Origin: Dethiobacteria bacterium
GTDB lineage: Bacteria > Bacillota > Dethiobacteria > DTU022 > UBA8154
Direction: 5' to 3'
DNA length: 64,000 nt
Assembly: GCA_050948825.1 (NCBI GenBank)
Contig: JBMNEO010000007.1
Span: 40,019 to 104,018, forward strand
Both the position numbers and the translations under genes were made by a program. Shown piece after piece: positions 1 through 8,318 of this stretch. Below the pieces are notes generated by a model. That model worked only from the letters and a program-made list of their open reading frames with translations, was not told the origin of the DNA and made no database searches. The number at the start of each line of letters is the position of its first letter. The first letter of the stretch is position 1.

Positions 1-352
1 AAATAGGGTAACGATTATCGAGATGCTGGATCAAATTGCTACCGGTCTTGAAGGTGCTAACATGATGGATCTCTTTGAAGTAATCAAAAAAATGGAGATC
101 AATGTGCTGCTAAACTCTAAAGTGACTCAGCTCGAACCTGGTTTAGTTGTTACCTATGAAAACAGGGGAGAAACCAAACAGGATACTTTTGACTATGTGG
201 TTCTGGCCTTTGGGCAAAAGTCACACTGCGAAGAATTAACCCGGGCGCTTGAGGATGCTCATATTGAATACCGGGTTATCGGAGATGCGGCCAAACCCTC
301 AAATTTCCAAAATGCTACCAGCACGGCTTACTTTGCTGCACTGGATGCATAA
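1..352 (+). CDS. C-terminal fragment of an FAD/NAD(P)-binding oxidoreductase (truncated by window start)
   Basis: Open frame runs from the window edge to a stop at 352. The C-terminal motif ...YRVIGDAAKP... resembles the C-terminus of pyridine-nucleotide-disulfide / enoate-reductase-type flavoproteins. Confidence 0.4.
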   Translation, partial: NRVTIIEMLDQIATGLEGANMMDLFEVIKKMEINVLLNSKVTQLEPGLVVTYENRGETKQDTFDYVVLAFGQKSHCEELTRALEDAHIEYRVIGDAAKPSNFQNATSTAYFAALDA

Positions 353-659
353 ACACTGCTTTAGGGTATTCTCTTCCTTGAGAGAACAGGTTTAAAGCAG
401 ATGCCCGCAATAGTATTTACTAATAATCTAATGTCCCGGGAGTAATAGATAAGGTTGTCATCTGTGGAAGCCGGATGACAACCTTATTGCCTTTTAATCT
501 GAGAGCCTGCTAAGTAACAAAAGCTGCGCCCAGAGGTAAATACTCAATGGTGGTTAGGTCCAAGCTTTTCTTGATAAACCTGGTGCAGCAGGCAATACCA
601 TATTTTCCCCTTGCCTTATTGTCCCTTCAAAGAAAATAGCTTTTCATATTTAGAACGCG

Positions 660-978
660 CATGGCATTTTAAATAGCGATTATTGCTACGCCCACATCGG
701 CAAAAACAGCCCCCCACAATGCAGCTAATCCGACGGCCCCAAGGATCAGGATAACCCCTTTAACCCCAAGAGCCAGGATAATATTTTGCCGGACAATTTT
801 TTGGTTTTTCCGGCTATTTCCATAGCCAAGAGCAGCCTGGAGGGTTCATCTGTCATGATTACTATATCAGCAGCCTCGATGGCAGCATCGGAGACCAAAC
901 CTCCCATCGCTGACGTCTGCTCGGGCAAGCACGGGGGCAGCATTTATACCGTCACCTACAAAGACCAGACTCATTTAT
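660..978 (-). pseudogene. Remnant of the C-terminal third of a heavy-metal P1B-type ATPase (frameshifted, 5' truncated)
   Basis: Minus-strand translations give VGDGINxAP..., ...GGLVSDAAIEAADIVIMTDEPSRL... and ...RQNIILALGVKGVILILGAVGLAALWGAVFADVGVAIIAI.., which are hallmark P-type ATPase C-terminal motifs. They are spread over at least 3 frames, and the N-terminal ~500 aa are absent because the arsR promoter abuts at 991. Confidence 0.7.
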
Positions 979-990
979 ATAATAGTTGCA

Positions 991-1020
991 TTGACAAAAA
1001 CACTCCCGGGAAGGTATAAT
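991..1020 (+). promoter_or_regulatory. Near-consensus sigma70 promoter of arsR (TTGACA-18-TATAAT)
   Basis: TTGACA at 991-996 and TATAAT at 1015-1020, with an 18-nt spacer, lie 65 nt upstream of the arsR ATG. Confidence 0.7.
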
Positions 1021-1022
1021 AA

Positions 1023-1071
1023 TGCATACATGCATAGATGCATGTATGCAGAAATTTGCATGTGACATGCA
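1023..1071 (+). promoter_or_regulatory. Putative ArsR operator palindromes
   Basis: TGCATACATGCAT (1023-1035) is the exact reverse complement of ATGCATGTATGCA (1038-1050). A second palindrome, TGCATGT-G-ACATGCA, lies at 1057-1071. Both sit between the -10 and the RBS AGGAGG (1073-1078). Confidence 0.6.
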
Positions 1072-1084
1072 CAGGAGGATATTT

Positions 1085-1507
1085 ATGAGGGAACTTACAA
1101 AGTTGCTTAAAGTCCTTTCCGACGAATCGAGGCTTAGAGCACTCAATCTTCTTCAGGAAAGGGAGTGCTGTGTTTGCGAGGTAATGCAGGTCATGGAGAT
1201 TTCGCAGTCAAAGGCATCACGGATATTGAGGGCTCTTTACGATACCGGACTGCTTAAGCTGAGGAGAGAAGGCCGCTGGGCCCTTTATTCCATCGACACC
1301 GGCCGTGCGAAAGACTATGCCGGCAACATATTAACCGGAATCAAGCGTTCACTTGAGAGCAACCCGGTTGCCCTGGAGGATCTTGATAGGCTTAAGAAAG
1401 CCGACCGTATCGGCCCTGCGTGTGTTGCTAAAAGAAGAGCGGGACAGCCGGCTGGGAAGACTTCTGTGGCAGGAGTTTTTCAGGATAAGTATCAAGTTTT
1501 TAAGTAA
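1085..1507 (+). CDS. arsR: ArsR/SmtB-family metalloregulator (As(III)-sensing CVC type)
   Basis: The wHTH region reads LKVLSDESRLRALNLL..CCVCEVMQVMEISQSKASRILRAL, with the CVC motif in the ELCVCDL position. RBS AGGAGG lies 6 nt upstream. Confidence 0.85.
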   Translation: MRELTKLLKVLSDESRLRALNLLQERECCVCEVMQVMEISQSKASRILRALYDTGLLKLRREGRWALYSIDTGRAKDYAGNILTGIKRSLESNPVALEDLDRLKKADRIGPACVAKRRAGQPAGKTSVAGVFQDKYQVFK

Positions 1508-1538
1508 TTTTAATAAAGAGTGAGGAGGTTGTTGCAGG

Positions 1539-1778
1539 ATGAAAATTAAAATCTTAGGTACGGGATGTATGAACTGTCAGAAATTAGAAAAAGAAACCAT
1601 CAACGCCCTGGCAGAACTCGGTGTGGCTGCCGATGTGGAGAAAGTAACGGAGTTGGATAAGATCATGGAGCACGATGTCATGATGACTCCAGGACTGGTG
1701 GTAAACGAGAAGGTTAAGGTATTCGGCCGTGTACCCCGTAGGGAAGAGATTAAAAAGTGGATTCAGGAAGAACTATAA
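1539..1778 (+). CDS. Thioredoxin-family small protein (redox-active disulfide protein 2-like, CxxC)
   Basis: 79 aa with a GTGCMNCQ CxxC motif. This family is typically paired with a COG0701 permease, which follows here. Confidence 0.75.
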   Translation: MKIKILGTGCMNCQKLEKETINALAELGVAADVEKVTELDKIMEHDVMMTPGLVVNEKVKVFGRVPRREEIKKWIQEEL

Positions 1779-1800
1779 AAAGCTTTGGAGATGAAAACTG

Positions 1801-2976
1801 ATGAAGGAATGGCATAAGTTACTATTGTTTGCCGGCGTATTCCTGGCCTTCTACTTTATCCCCTTCAACAATACGGCAGTGCAGGTTTCTATTCTGGAAG
1901 CCTTTCACATGCTGCAGGAATATACCCGGGAGCACGTCCTCTTCTGCCTGGTACCCGCTTTTTTTATTGCCGGGGCTATTTCTGTTTTTGTTTCTAAGGG
2001 CGCAGTTCTCAAGTACTTCGGAGGAGGGGCTCCCAAACATCTTGCCTATTCCGTGGCCTCCGTTTCCGGAGGTATTCTTGCTGTATGCTCATGCACGGTA
2101 CTGCCTCTATTTGCCGGTATTTGGAAAAAAGGGGCGGGGATCGGCCCGGCTACCGCTTTTCTGTATTCCGGCCCGGCCATCAACATCCTGGCTATCATTC
2201 TCACGGCGCGGGTTTTGGGCTGGCAGCTGGGTTTGGCCAGGGCTGTGGGAGCCGTCCTTTTTGCCGTGATGATCGGGCTGCTCATGGCTTTTATCTATCG
2301 GCGCGAGGAAGCAGAAAAGGCGAAAGCAACAATGGGGCAGATGTTTGAGCAGGAAGAAAGGCGCAGCCCGGCCCAGAACCTGTTTTATTTTGCAGTGCTC
2401 GTCCTCATCCTGATCTTTGCCGCCTGGGGAAGGCCACAGGAGGCGATGAGTTTCTGGAGCTTCATCTTCGGAATCAAGTGGTACCTGGTTGTAATCCTGC
2501 TGGGGATACTTGCTTTTATCCTGGCACGCTGGTTTGAGGACTATGAACGCCTTAACTGGGTGGATGCTGCCTGGAATTTTGCCAAGCAGATCCTGCCGCT
2601 TCTTTTCGGCGGTGTCCTTGCGGCGGGACTCCTCATGGGGCGCCCCGGATTTAACGCAGGATTTATTCCTTCAAGCGTTATAGAAGCGGCAGTGGGAGGC
2701 AACTCCCTGCAGGCTAATTTTTTAGCTTCTGTTGTGGGTGCATTTATGTATTTTGCCACCCTGACAGAGGTTCCTATTATGCAAGGCCTTCTCGGCCTGG
2801 GGATGGGGCAGGGCCCGGCTCTAGCCCTGTTGCTGGCGGGCCCGGCGCTCAGCCTGCCCAGCATGCTGGTAATCCGCAGTATACTGGGGACACAAAAAAC
2901 GCTGGTTTATGTTTCTCTGGTGGTTGTCATCTCCACCCTGGCGGGTTTGCTTTACGGAGCCATTTTCCCCGGATAG
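1801..2976 (+). CDS. COG0701/DUF318 permease (ArsP-related family)
   Basis: Polytopic membrane protein with a conserved CSC motif in TM (AVCSCTVLPLF). Operon partner of the thioredoxin-like protein, downstream of arsR. Confidence 0.75.
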   Translation: MKEWHKLLLFAGVFLAFYFIPFNNTAVQVSILEAFHMLQEYTREHVLFCLVPAFFIAGAISVFVSKGAVLKYFGGGAPKHLAYSVASVSGGILAVCSCTVLPLFAGIWKKGAGIGPATAFLYSGPAINILAIILTARVLGWQLGLARAVGAVLFAVMIGLLMAFIYRREEAEKAKATMGQMFEQEERRSPAQNLFYFAVLVLILIFAAWGRPQEAMSFWSFIFGIKWYLVVILLGILAFILARWFEDYERLNWVDAAWNFAKQILPLLFGGVLAAGLLMGRPGFNAGFIPSSVIEAAVGGNSLQANFLASVVGAFMYFATLTEVPIMQGLLGLGMGQGPALALLLAGPALSLPSMLVIRSILGTQKTLVYVSLVVVISTLAGLLYGAIFPG

Positions 2977-3037
2977 AGAACCCGGTAGATCCATCTTAAG
3001 AGGCTATATTTTTGTTCTTGACAAGGAGGCCCTAATT

Positions 3038-4099
3038 ATGACGAAGACAAAAGAGTATCAGCTAAGTTTATTTCATAAGTATTTAACAGTATGGGTAGCT
3101 TTATGCATCCTGGCGGGAATAGGCCTGGGGGCGGCTTTCCCGGCCGCAGCACAACTCCTCAACTCCTTACAGGTTGCCCAGGTCAATATTCCTGTGGCAA
3201 TATTTCTCTTTGCCATGATGTATCCCATTATGCTGCAGATCGACTTTAAGGAGGTTGTAAACGCCGTGAAGGCACCCAGGCCTGTTATCTTAACCCTTGT
3301 TATAAACTGGGCTGTTAAGCCGTTTACCATGTTCTTTTTCGCCTGGCTTTTCATGCGTCTTATCTGGTCTCCATATATTGAGTATGATCTGGCTACGGAA
3401 TACATTGCCGGGATGATCCTTTTGGGCATAGCTCCCTGTACGGCCATGGTGTTGGTCTGGAGCTACCTTTCCAGGGGTTTTATGGGCCTGACGCTGGTTA
3501 TGGTTGCCATTAACTCTCTTACCATGCTGGCTCTTTATGCTCCTCTTGGCAATTTCCTGCTCGGTGTTGCCCAGACAGTGGTCCCGTTTATGACCATCTT
3601 TTACAGCGTCCTGCTTTATGTTGGTGTTTCCATGATTGCCGGATACTTTACCCGTACCTGCCTGATTAAAAGTAGGGGTTTGGAATGGTACGAGGGTGTT
3701 TTTCTTAAAAACATGGGCAATATCTCCATTATCGCCCTTTTGGCCACGCTTATCTTCCTCTTCATGCTGCAGGGAGAAGTAATGCTGCGTTTTCCTCTCG
3801 TAGTGGCGCTGATTGCTGTTCCACTGATTATCCAGACCTTATTTATCTTCTGGATTGGTTACGGTGTATCAAAACTGATCGGTATTACTTATGAAGAAGC
3901 CGCTCCTGCATCAATGATCGGCGCCAGCAACCACTTTGAGGTAGCGATTGCCACGGCGGTTACCCTGTTTGGACTGGAGTCCGGAGCTGCACTATCCACG
4001 GTGGTGGGGGTGCTGATAGAAGTTCCCATAATGCTTTTGTTGGTAAGTTTCTGTTTGAGGACAAAACACTGGTTCCCGTCAATGCTGCAAAAAAGTTGA
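3038..4099 (+). CDS. acr3: Arsenite efflux transporter, ACR3 family
   Basis: N-terminal LSLFHKYLTVWVALCILAGIGLG and ~10 TM segments typical of ACR3. RBS AAGGAGG lies 8 nt upstream of the ATG at 3038. The ORF-track 5' extension from 2909 overlaps the permease gene. Confidence 0.88.
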   Translation: MTKTKEYQLSLFHKYLTVWVALCILAGIGLGAAFPAAAQLLNSLQVAQVNIPVAIFLFAMMYPIMLQIDFKEVVNAVKAPRPVILTLVINWAVKPFTMFFFAWLFMRLIWSPYIEYDLATEYIAGMILLGIAPCTAMVLVWSYLSRGFMGLTLVMVAINSLTMLALYAPLGNFLLGVAQTVVPFMTIFYSVLLYVGVSMIAGYFTRTCLIKSRGLEWYEGVFLKNMGNISIIALLATLIFLFMLQGEVMLRFPLVVALIAVPLIIQTLFIFWIGYGVSKLIGITYEEAAPASMIGASNHFEVAIATAVTLFGLESGAALSTVVGVLIEVPIMLLLVSFCLRTKHWFPSMLQKS

Positions 4100-4146
4100 C
4101 AGGTAGGATAAAAGTGTAAATAAGAAAAGATTAATAAGGAGATTTT

Positions 4147-4310
4147 TTGGCATTGAGGAAAGCTAAAGCGTTGCAGCTGTTTTTAAAGCTCTTTGTGAAA
4201 AGGCGCTTCTGAAAGTAATTCATATGCTCCTGGAAAGAGAAAAGTGTGCTTGCGAGATTATGGATGAACTCGGTCTTTCTCAGCCTGCTGTTTCCCACCA
4301 TAAAAAATGA
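4147..4310 (+). pseudogene. Truncated second arsR (ArsR N-terminus with metal site and HTH start, premature stop, internal frameshift)
   Basis: Translation ..AVFKALCEKALLKVIHMLLEREKCACEIMDELGLSQPAVSHHKK* matches the ArsR consensus (FKAL..P.RL.IL.LL....E.CVC.....L.LSQ..VSHHLK). It stops where the recognition helix should continue, and the upstream part lies in a different frame. Confidence 0.6.
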
Positions 4311-4421
4311 GATCTATTTCCCGACTTTTATTAGCAGTAAAAAGGAAAGTGGAAGCGATAGTGGTAGAAACTCGAGGCTGTCGGTGGCTTAGATACCAGT
4401 TTTATTCAGGAGGTGCCAGAG

Positions 4422-4697
4422 ATGAGTATAAAGTTATATGTTTTAGGTGGCCTGACTATTATTACCAAAGGGAAAGATACGTTTGAGGTAAATGGAAAGA
4501 CAGTGTGCGAGTGTCTCAATCATCTTGTAAGCCTTATACCTAAAATGAAGGAGATCCTTTTTTATGAGACAGGGGAAACGCTTGCACTGTATTCGAATAT
4601 TGATGTGCTGGTTAATGATAAAAGCGTTAATACAGAGGGTCTGGCAAAAGAAGTAAACGATGGTGATGAGATTCGTATTAAGAAAAACAACCAGTGA
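4422..4697 (+). CDS. MoaD/ThiS-fold (beta-grasp) small protein lacking a C-terminal Gly-Gly
   Basis: The pattern MSIKLYVLGGL...EVNGKTV..L...VNDK...DGDEIRI mirrors MoaD family proteins. RBS GGAGG lies 8 nt upstream. Confidence 0.5.
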   Translation: MSIKLYVLGGLTIITKGKDTFEVNGKTVCECLNHLVSLIPKMKEILFYETGETLALYSNIDVLVNDKSVNTEGLAKEVNDGDEIRIKKNNQ

Positions 4698-4961
4698 TGA
4701 GGTGGTGGCGTGGGTGGCTAGTTCAGCCACATTCATCTTATGCTGTATAGCTCAATAGATATATATTTTGTCAATAAAAAGCACATGATAAAATGAGTGA
4801 TAATATAAGCGGCATGCCAGCTAGTGCCTTGTCGTTAAAATTAAATCTGTAATTGGAAAATATTTCCATAGGAATATTGAACATATGCTAGAACTCCTAT
4901 TTAAGTAAATTAATGGGAGGAGTTCATATGGTTTATGTTCGGCCAATTACCCTTTTGCATA

Positions 4962-5909
4962 CTATTCATTTTTGAGCGGTTCCATGTGAGCTATGACCTG
5001 TATATTTTGGTTAATTTCATTCCTAATCTTCTTTTCAATATTATGGATTAGTTCATGACATTCTTCAACACTTAATTCAGGTTCCGTCATGATATGCATA
5101 TCAATATGCATGTCACTTTTACTTCCTCTGCTGCGAATATTGTGCGCATCTTTTACTTTTTCAAAACTCAGCACGATTTTCCTTATTGTGCTGGGATCCA
5201 CGACTGCCTTATCAAGCAGTATGCCGCCATTAGCGCATAAGATTTCATAGGCAGTATAAATAATCAATCCAGCGACAATCAATGAGGTTATAGGGTCAAT
5301 TATTGGCGGCAAGCCCGATTTGATACAGATAAGAGTCAATAGTACTCCTGCTGAAACATAAATATCACTTTTTGTATGCATAGAATCTGAAATTAAAATT
5401 TGGCTATTTAATGCTTTGCCTTTTCTGTATTCAAAATTACTGATAAAAATGTTAATACACAAAGTTAGCAGCAATACCAAAAGGCTTTCCAATGTTATAT
5501 CAGGCATTACGGGATTAATAAATCTGTTTATGGCTGCCATAATAATCTTCCCACTTATCACAAACAGCATCCCTGCAATAAATAAACCTGCCATCATCTC
5601 AAATTTGCCGTGGCCATAGGGATGATCTTGGTCAATTGGCTGGGAAGCAAAATGTACACCAATTAGCCCAGCAATATTTGATGAGCCATCTGTAATTGAA
5701 TGAAAGCCATCAGCAACCATACTTGTGCTCTTAATCATAGTACCAACTAAAATTTTCATGACTGCAACAGTTAGATTGGCGAATAATATTATCCATAATA
5801 GCTGCTTTACTTTATTATAGTTTTCAGTCAAAATTTTCACCTGTCTTTCAGGAGATAATAAAAATCTGTGAAACTGAAATAGTCCCACAGATTTCATATC
5901 TGCTGCCAA
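4962..5909 (-). CDS. Cation diffusion facilitator (CDF) family divalent-metal efflux transporter
   Basis: Six TM segments plus a C-terminal cytoplasmic domain. Motifs HSITDGSSN and DHPYGHGKFE match the CzcD/FieF signature. Confidence 0.85.
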   Translation of the reverse strand: MAADMKSVGLFQFHRFLLSPERQVKILTENYNKVKQLLWIILFANLTVAVMKILVGTMIKSTSMVADGFHSITDGSSNIAGLIGVHFASQPIDQDHPYGHGKFEMMAGLFIAGMLFVISGKIIMAAINRFINPVMPDITLESLLVLLLTLCINIFISNFEYRKGKALNSQILISDSMHTKSDIYVSAGVLLTLICIKSGLPPIIDPITSLIVAGLIIYTAYEILCANGGILLDKAVVDPSTIRKIVLSFEKVKDAHNIRSRGSKSDMHIDMHIMTEPELSVEECHELIHNIEKKIRNEINQNIQVIAHMEPLKNE

Positions 5910-6229
5910 AAAAGGCCCGGCTCACAGCATTACTAAATGCAGCGCCTGACTTGATATAATACAATTAATTCGCTTTTAGCTGTATTATATGCTAACCTAA
6001 CTTAGTGAATATGTCAATTAATAACACAAATAAGATCGTGTCAAGCCACTATAGGTTTTAAATGGGCCTCATATCTCACACCACAGCACGAGCCTCATCC
6101 CGAGTACTGAAACGCCTCCCCCGCAGCCACCCGTATTTCATCTTGCCCCAAAAAGGTGGCTCTTTCGTAAGACATCCGCTGCTGGTTTCTGAAAGCTCTG
6201 CTTTTAGCCGATCGTTAGATATTGAAAAG

Positions 6230-6375
6230 GTGGGGACGGCAGACCAGATTATTCGAGTGACCCTGGGTATTGTACTGATTACAATTCCCGTTATTTATTG
6301 GTTTCACCATGGGCCATAGCTTTTTTGTCGGCAGTCGGCGGGGTGCAAATTTCTGAAGGTATTATTGCATATTGA
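6230..6375 (+). CDS. DUF2892 (YgaP-like) small membrane protein, apparently frameshifted
   Basis: VGTADQIIRVTLGIVLITIPVIYW.. matches the DUF2892 N-terminal consensus (GxADRIIRIxLG). Continuation ..AIAFLSAVGGVQISEGIIAY is in the +1 frame after a GGG run near 6311. Confidence 0.35.
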
Positions 6376-6660
6376 CTAGTTTTAGATCTTTTGGGGTGGT
6401 CAACCCTGCAAAAAGTTAGCGTGAAAATAAATGCCATCAGAAGATATAATAGTGTTAATTATTTCCTGATCTAACACTTTTTTTTCATATCTCTGGCGCA
6501 GTCCGGTTTTCTCCCTTCTACACTGCGGCAGGGTTTTTTTATTCTATTTCCCCCGGTGGGTGAAATTCGTTTTTTAAGTAAACTTTTCCGATCCATTCCT
6601 TTAGTGTGTTTTTTTCATTGGTCGGCGGCCTTGCCATCAATTTCATCCAAATAGTAAATG

Positions 6661-6760
6661 TTGAAAATAGCACCTTGATCTTTAATATATTAGGTGGTAA
6701 TATATAGGTAGGCAATGTATTAGGGAAAGATGTATAAAGGTATATTTCACCGATCAAACT
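6661..6760. repeat. Copy A of a ~100-bp PadR promoter/operator module (orphan copy with degenerate PadR 5' end)
   Basis: Bases 6661-6732 are ~95% identical to 8898-8969. It contains TTGATC-17-TAATAT with an 8-bp inverted repeat ATATATTA-GGTGG-TAATATAT. The following MYKGIFHRSN.. echoes the PadR N-terminus MHERIFDIMD... Confidence 0.7.
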
Positions 6761-6943
6761 TCCGCCGGATATCTGGCAAAGGCGCTGGAAAGTTCAGATT
6801 AAGTTTCAATTAAGTGTAGTATAACGCAGTTTTTTTATTACACTCATTATGTCAGTCAAGACATAAAGTCATAATAGACACTAAAAGCAAGACATAATTG
6901 AATTTTTGATTAAACAAAATAATTTTGGGACGAGGCGGAACAT

Positions 6944-8284
6944 ATGGACTGGAAAACCATTGAGGAATGCAGGGAAGATTTTCCTGCACTTAACAGACAG
7001 CGAAAGGGCAAACCCCCCATTTACCTGGATAATGCGTGCACAACCATGGTGCCCCGGCAGGTCATCGCTTCAATTGAAGAGTATTATACAGATTATCCTG
7101 CATGCAGCGGCACAAGAAGCCGCCATTGGTTTGCCCGGGAGGTTTTCGAGCGCATTGAAGGAACTCCCGGGAAGGGAAGAGAAAGTTCACGCCGGGTTAT
7201 TGCCGGATTTATTAACGCGAGCTCTGAAAAAGAAATCATCTTCACTATGAATACAACTCATGCCCTCAATATGGTGGCGCTTGGCTTCCCGTTCCGGTCC
7301 GGTGATGTTGTTTTGCTAACCGACAAGGAACATAATTCCAATTTGCTTCCCTGGCTGAAATTGCAGAAAGCGGGACGTATCAAGATTGATTTTACAGTGT
7401 CCAATGACCGGGATGAATTTGACCTCGATGCTTTTGAGCACAAGATGAAGAATAACCGGGTTAGATTGGTCAGTATGTCCTACACCTCAAACATAACCGG
7501 TTATACCATACCTGCAAGAGAAATCATTAAAATAGCGCATCAATACGGTGCCCTGGTACTTCTCGATGCTGCCCAGACCGCGCCCCATCAAAGGATTGAC
7601 GTTCAGAGCCTGGACGTCGATTTCCTGGCCTTTTCACTTCATAAAATGTGTGGACCGCGAGGGGTAGGTGTACTTTATGGGAAAAAAGAACTTCTTGGGC
7701 AAAAGCCTCATGAAGAGGATGAGGCGGATCATGTCATCGCACCTGTTTTCCTGGGCGGTGCAACAGTCGCCAATTCAACATATAATTCCTATACCCTTCT
7801 GCTTCCGCCGTATAGGTTTGAGGCAGGAATTCAGGATTACCCCGCTCAGATTGCCTCAGGAGCAGCCGTCCAATATCTACAGCAAATTGGAATGGACAGG
7901 ATAAGGGAACATGTGACCAGCCTGAACCATTTTCTCAGCGGGGAGGTGATGAAGCGCTACGGAGATACGGGATGGTTCAGAATTATCGGCCCGCAGGACG
8001 CGTCAAAAAGAGGCGGAATTTTAACCTTCGAAGTCAAACGGCCGAATGCATTGGGGATAGCCGTCGAGCTTAGCGAAAAGAGCAATATTATGATCAGGGA
8101 CGGTGCTTTATGTGTGCACCCCTATTTTAATAAGAAGTTCGGATCGCAGTGGACCCGCCCTTTATCGCACGATGAACACCGGATGGTGTACCGGATTTCC
8201 TGCTACTTCTACAATACCATAGATGAATGCCGCATATTCCTGGAAACGCTGGATGAGATATTTAAAGAGCGCGGCAATATCTGA
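6944..8284 (+). CDS. Class V aminotransferase / cysteine desulfurase family protein
   Basis: 446 aa. PLP fold-type I motifs are present (LDAAQT, SLHKMCGPRGVGVLYG with the Lys), and the SufS/CsdA-like length fits. Confidence 0.75.
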   Translation: MDWKTIEECREDFPALNRQRKGKPPIYLDNACTTMVPRQVIASIEEYYTDYPACSGTRSRHWFAREVFERIEGTPGKGRESSRRVIAGFINASSEKEIIFTMNTTHALNMVALGFPFRSGDVVLLTDKEHNSNLLPWLKLQKAGRIKIDFTVSNDRDEFDLDAFEHKMKNNRVRLVSMSYTSNITGYTIPAREIIKIAHQYGALVLLDAAQTAPHQRIDVQSLDVDFLAFSLHKMCGPRGVGVLYGKKELLGQKPHEEDEADHVIAPVFLGGATVANSTYNSYTLLLPPYRFEAGIQDYPAQIASGAAVQYLQQIGMDRIREHVTSLNHFLSGEVMKRYGDTGWFRIIGPQDASKRGGILTFEVKRPNALGIAVELSEKSNIMIRDGALCVHPYFNKKFGSQWTRPLSHDEHRMVYRISCYFYNTIDECRIFLETLDEIFKERGNI

Positions 8285-8318
8285 GTTAAGTTAAGTGAAC
8301 AAGGAGGAAGAGAAGGAA

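Noticed and set aside
451-486. 12-bp perfect hairpin AAGGTTGTCATC-TGTGGAAGCCG-GATGACAACCTT downstream of the first gene
   Set aside because: It could be a terminator or the edge of the island, but it is not followed by a T-run and no partner repeat was found elsewhere in the window. Insufficient evidence for a mobile-element end.
1022-1084. ORF-track 5' extension of arsR (MHTCIDACMQKFACDMHRRIF...)
   Set aside because: The extension is a translation of the operator palindromes and overlaps the -10 element. The real start is the ATG at 1085, 6 nt after AGGAGG.
1822-3447. Minus-strand and alternative-frame ORFs inside the permease/ACR3 genes (1822..2040-, 1829..2269+, 2046..2285-, 2085..2348+, 2541..2864-, 3073..3447-)
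   Set aside because: They sit antisense or out of frame within conserved membrane-protein genes. They are GC-skewed, low-complexity translations with no motifs.
6539-6757. ORF 6539..6757(-) and ORF 8817..9014(-) sharing FPNTLPTYILPPNILKIKVLFS
   Set aside because: The shared peptide is simply the reverse-strand translation of the duplicated PadR promoter/operator module, not a protein family.
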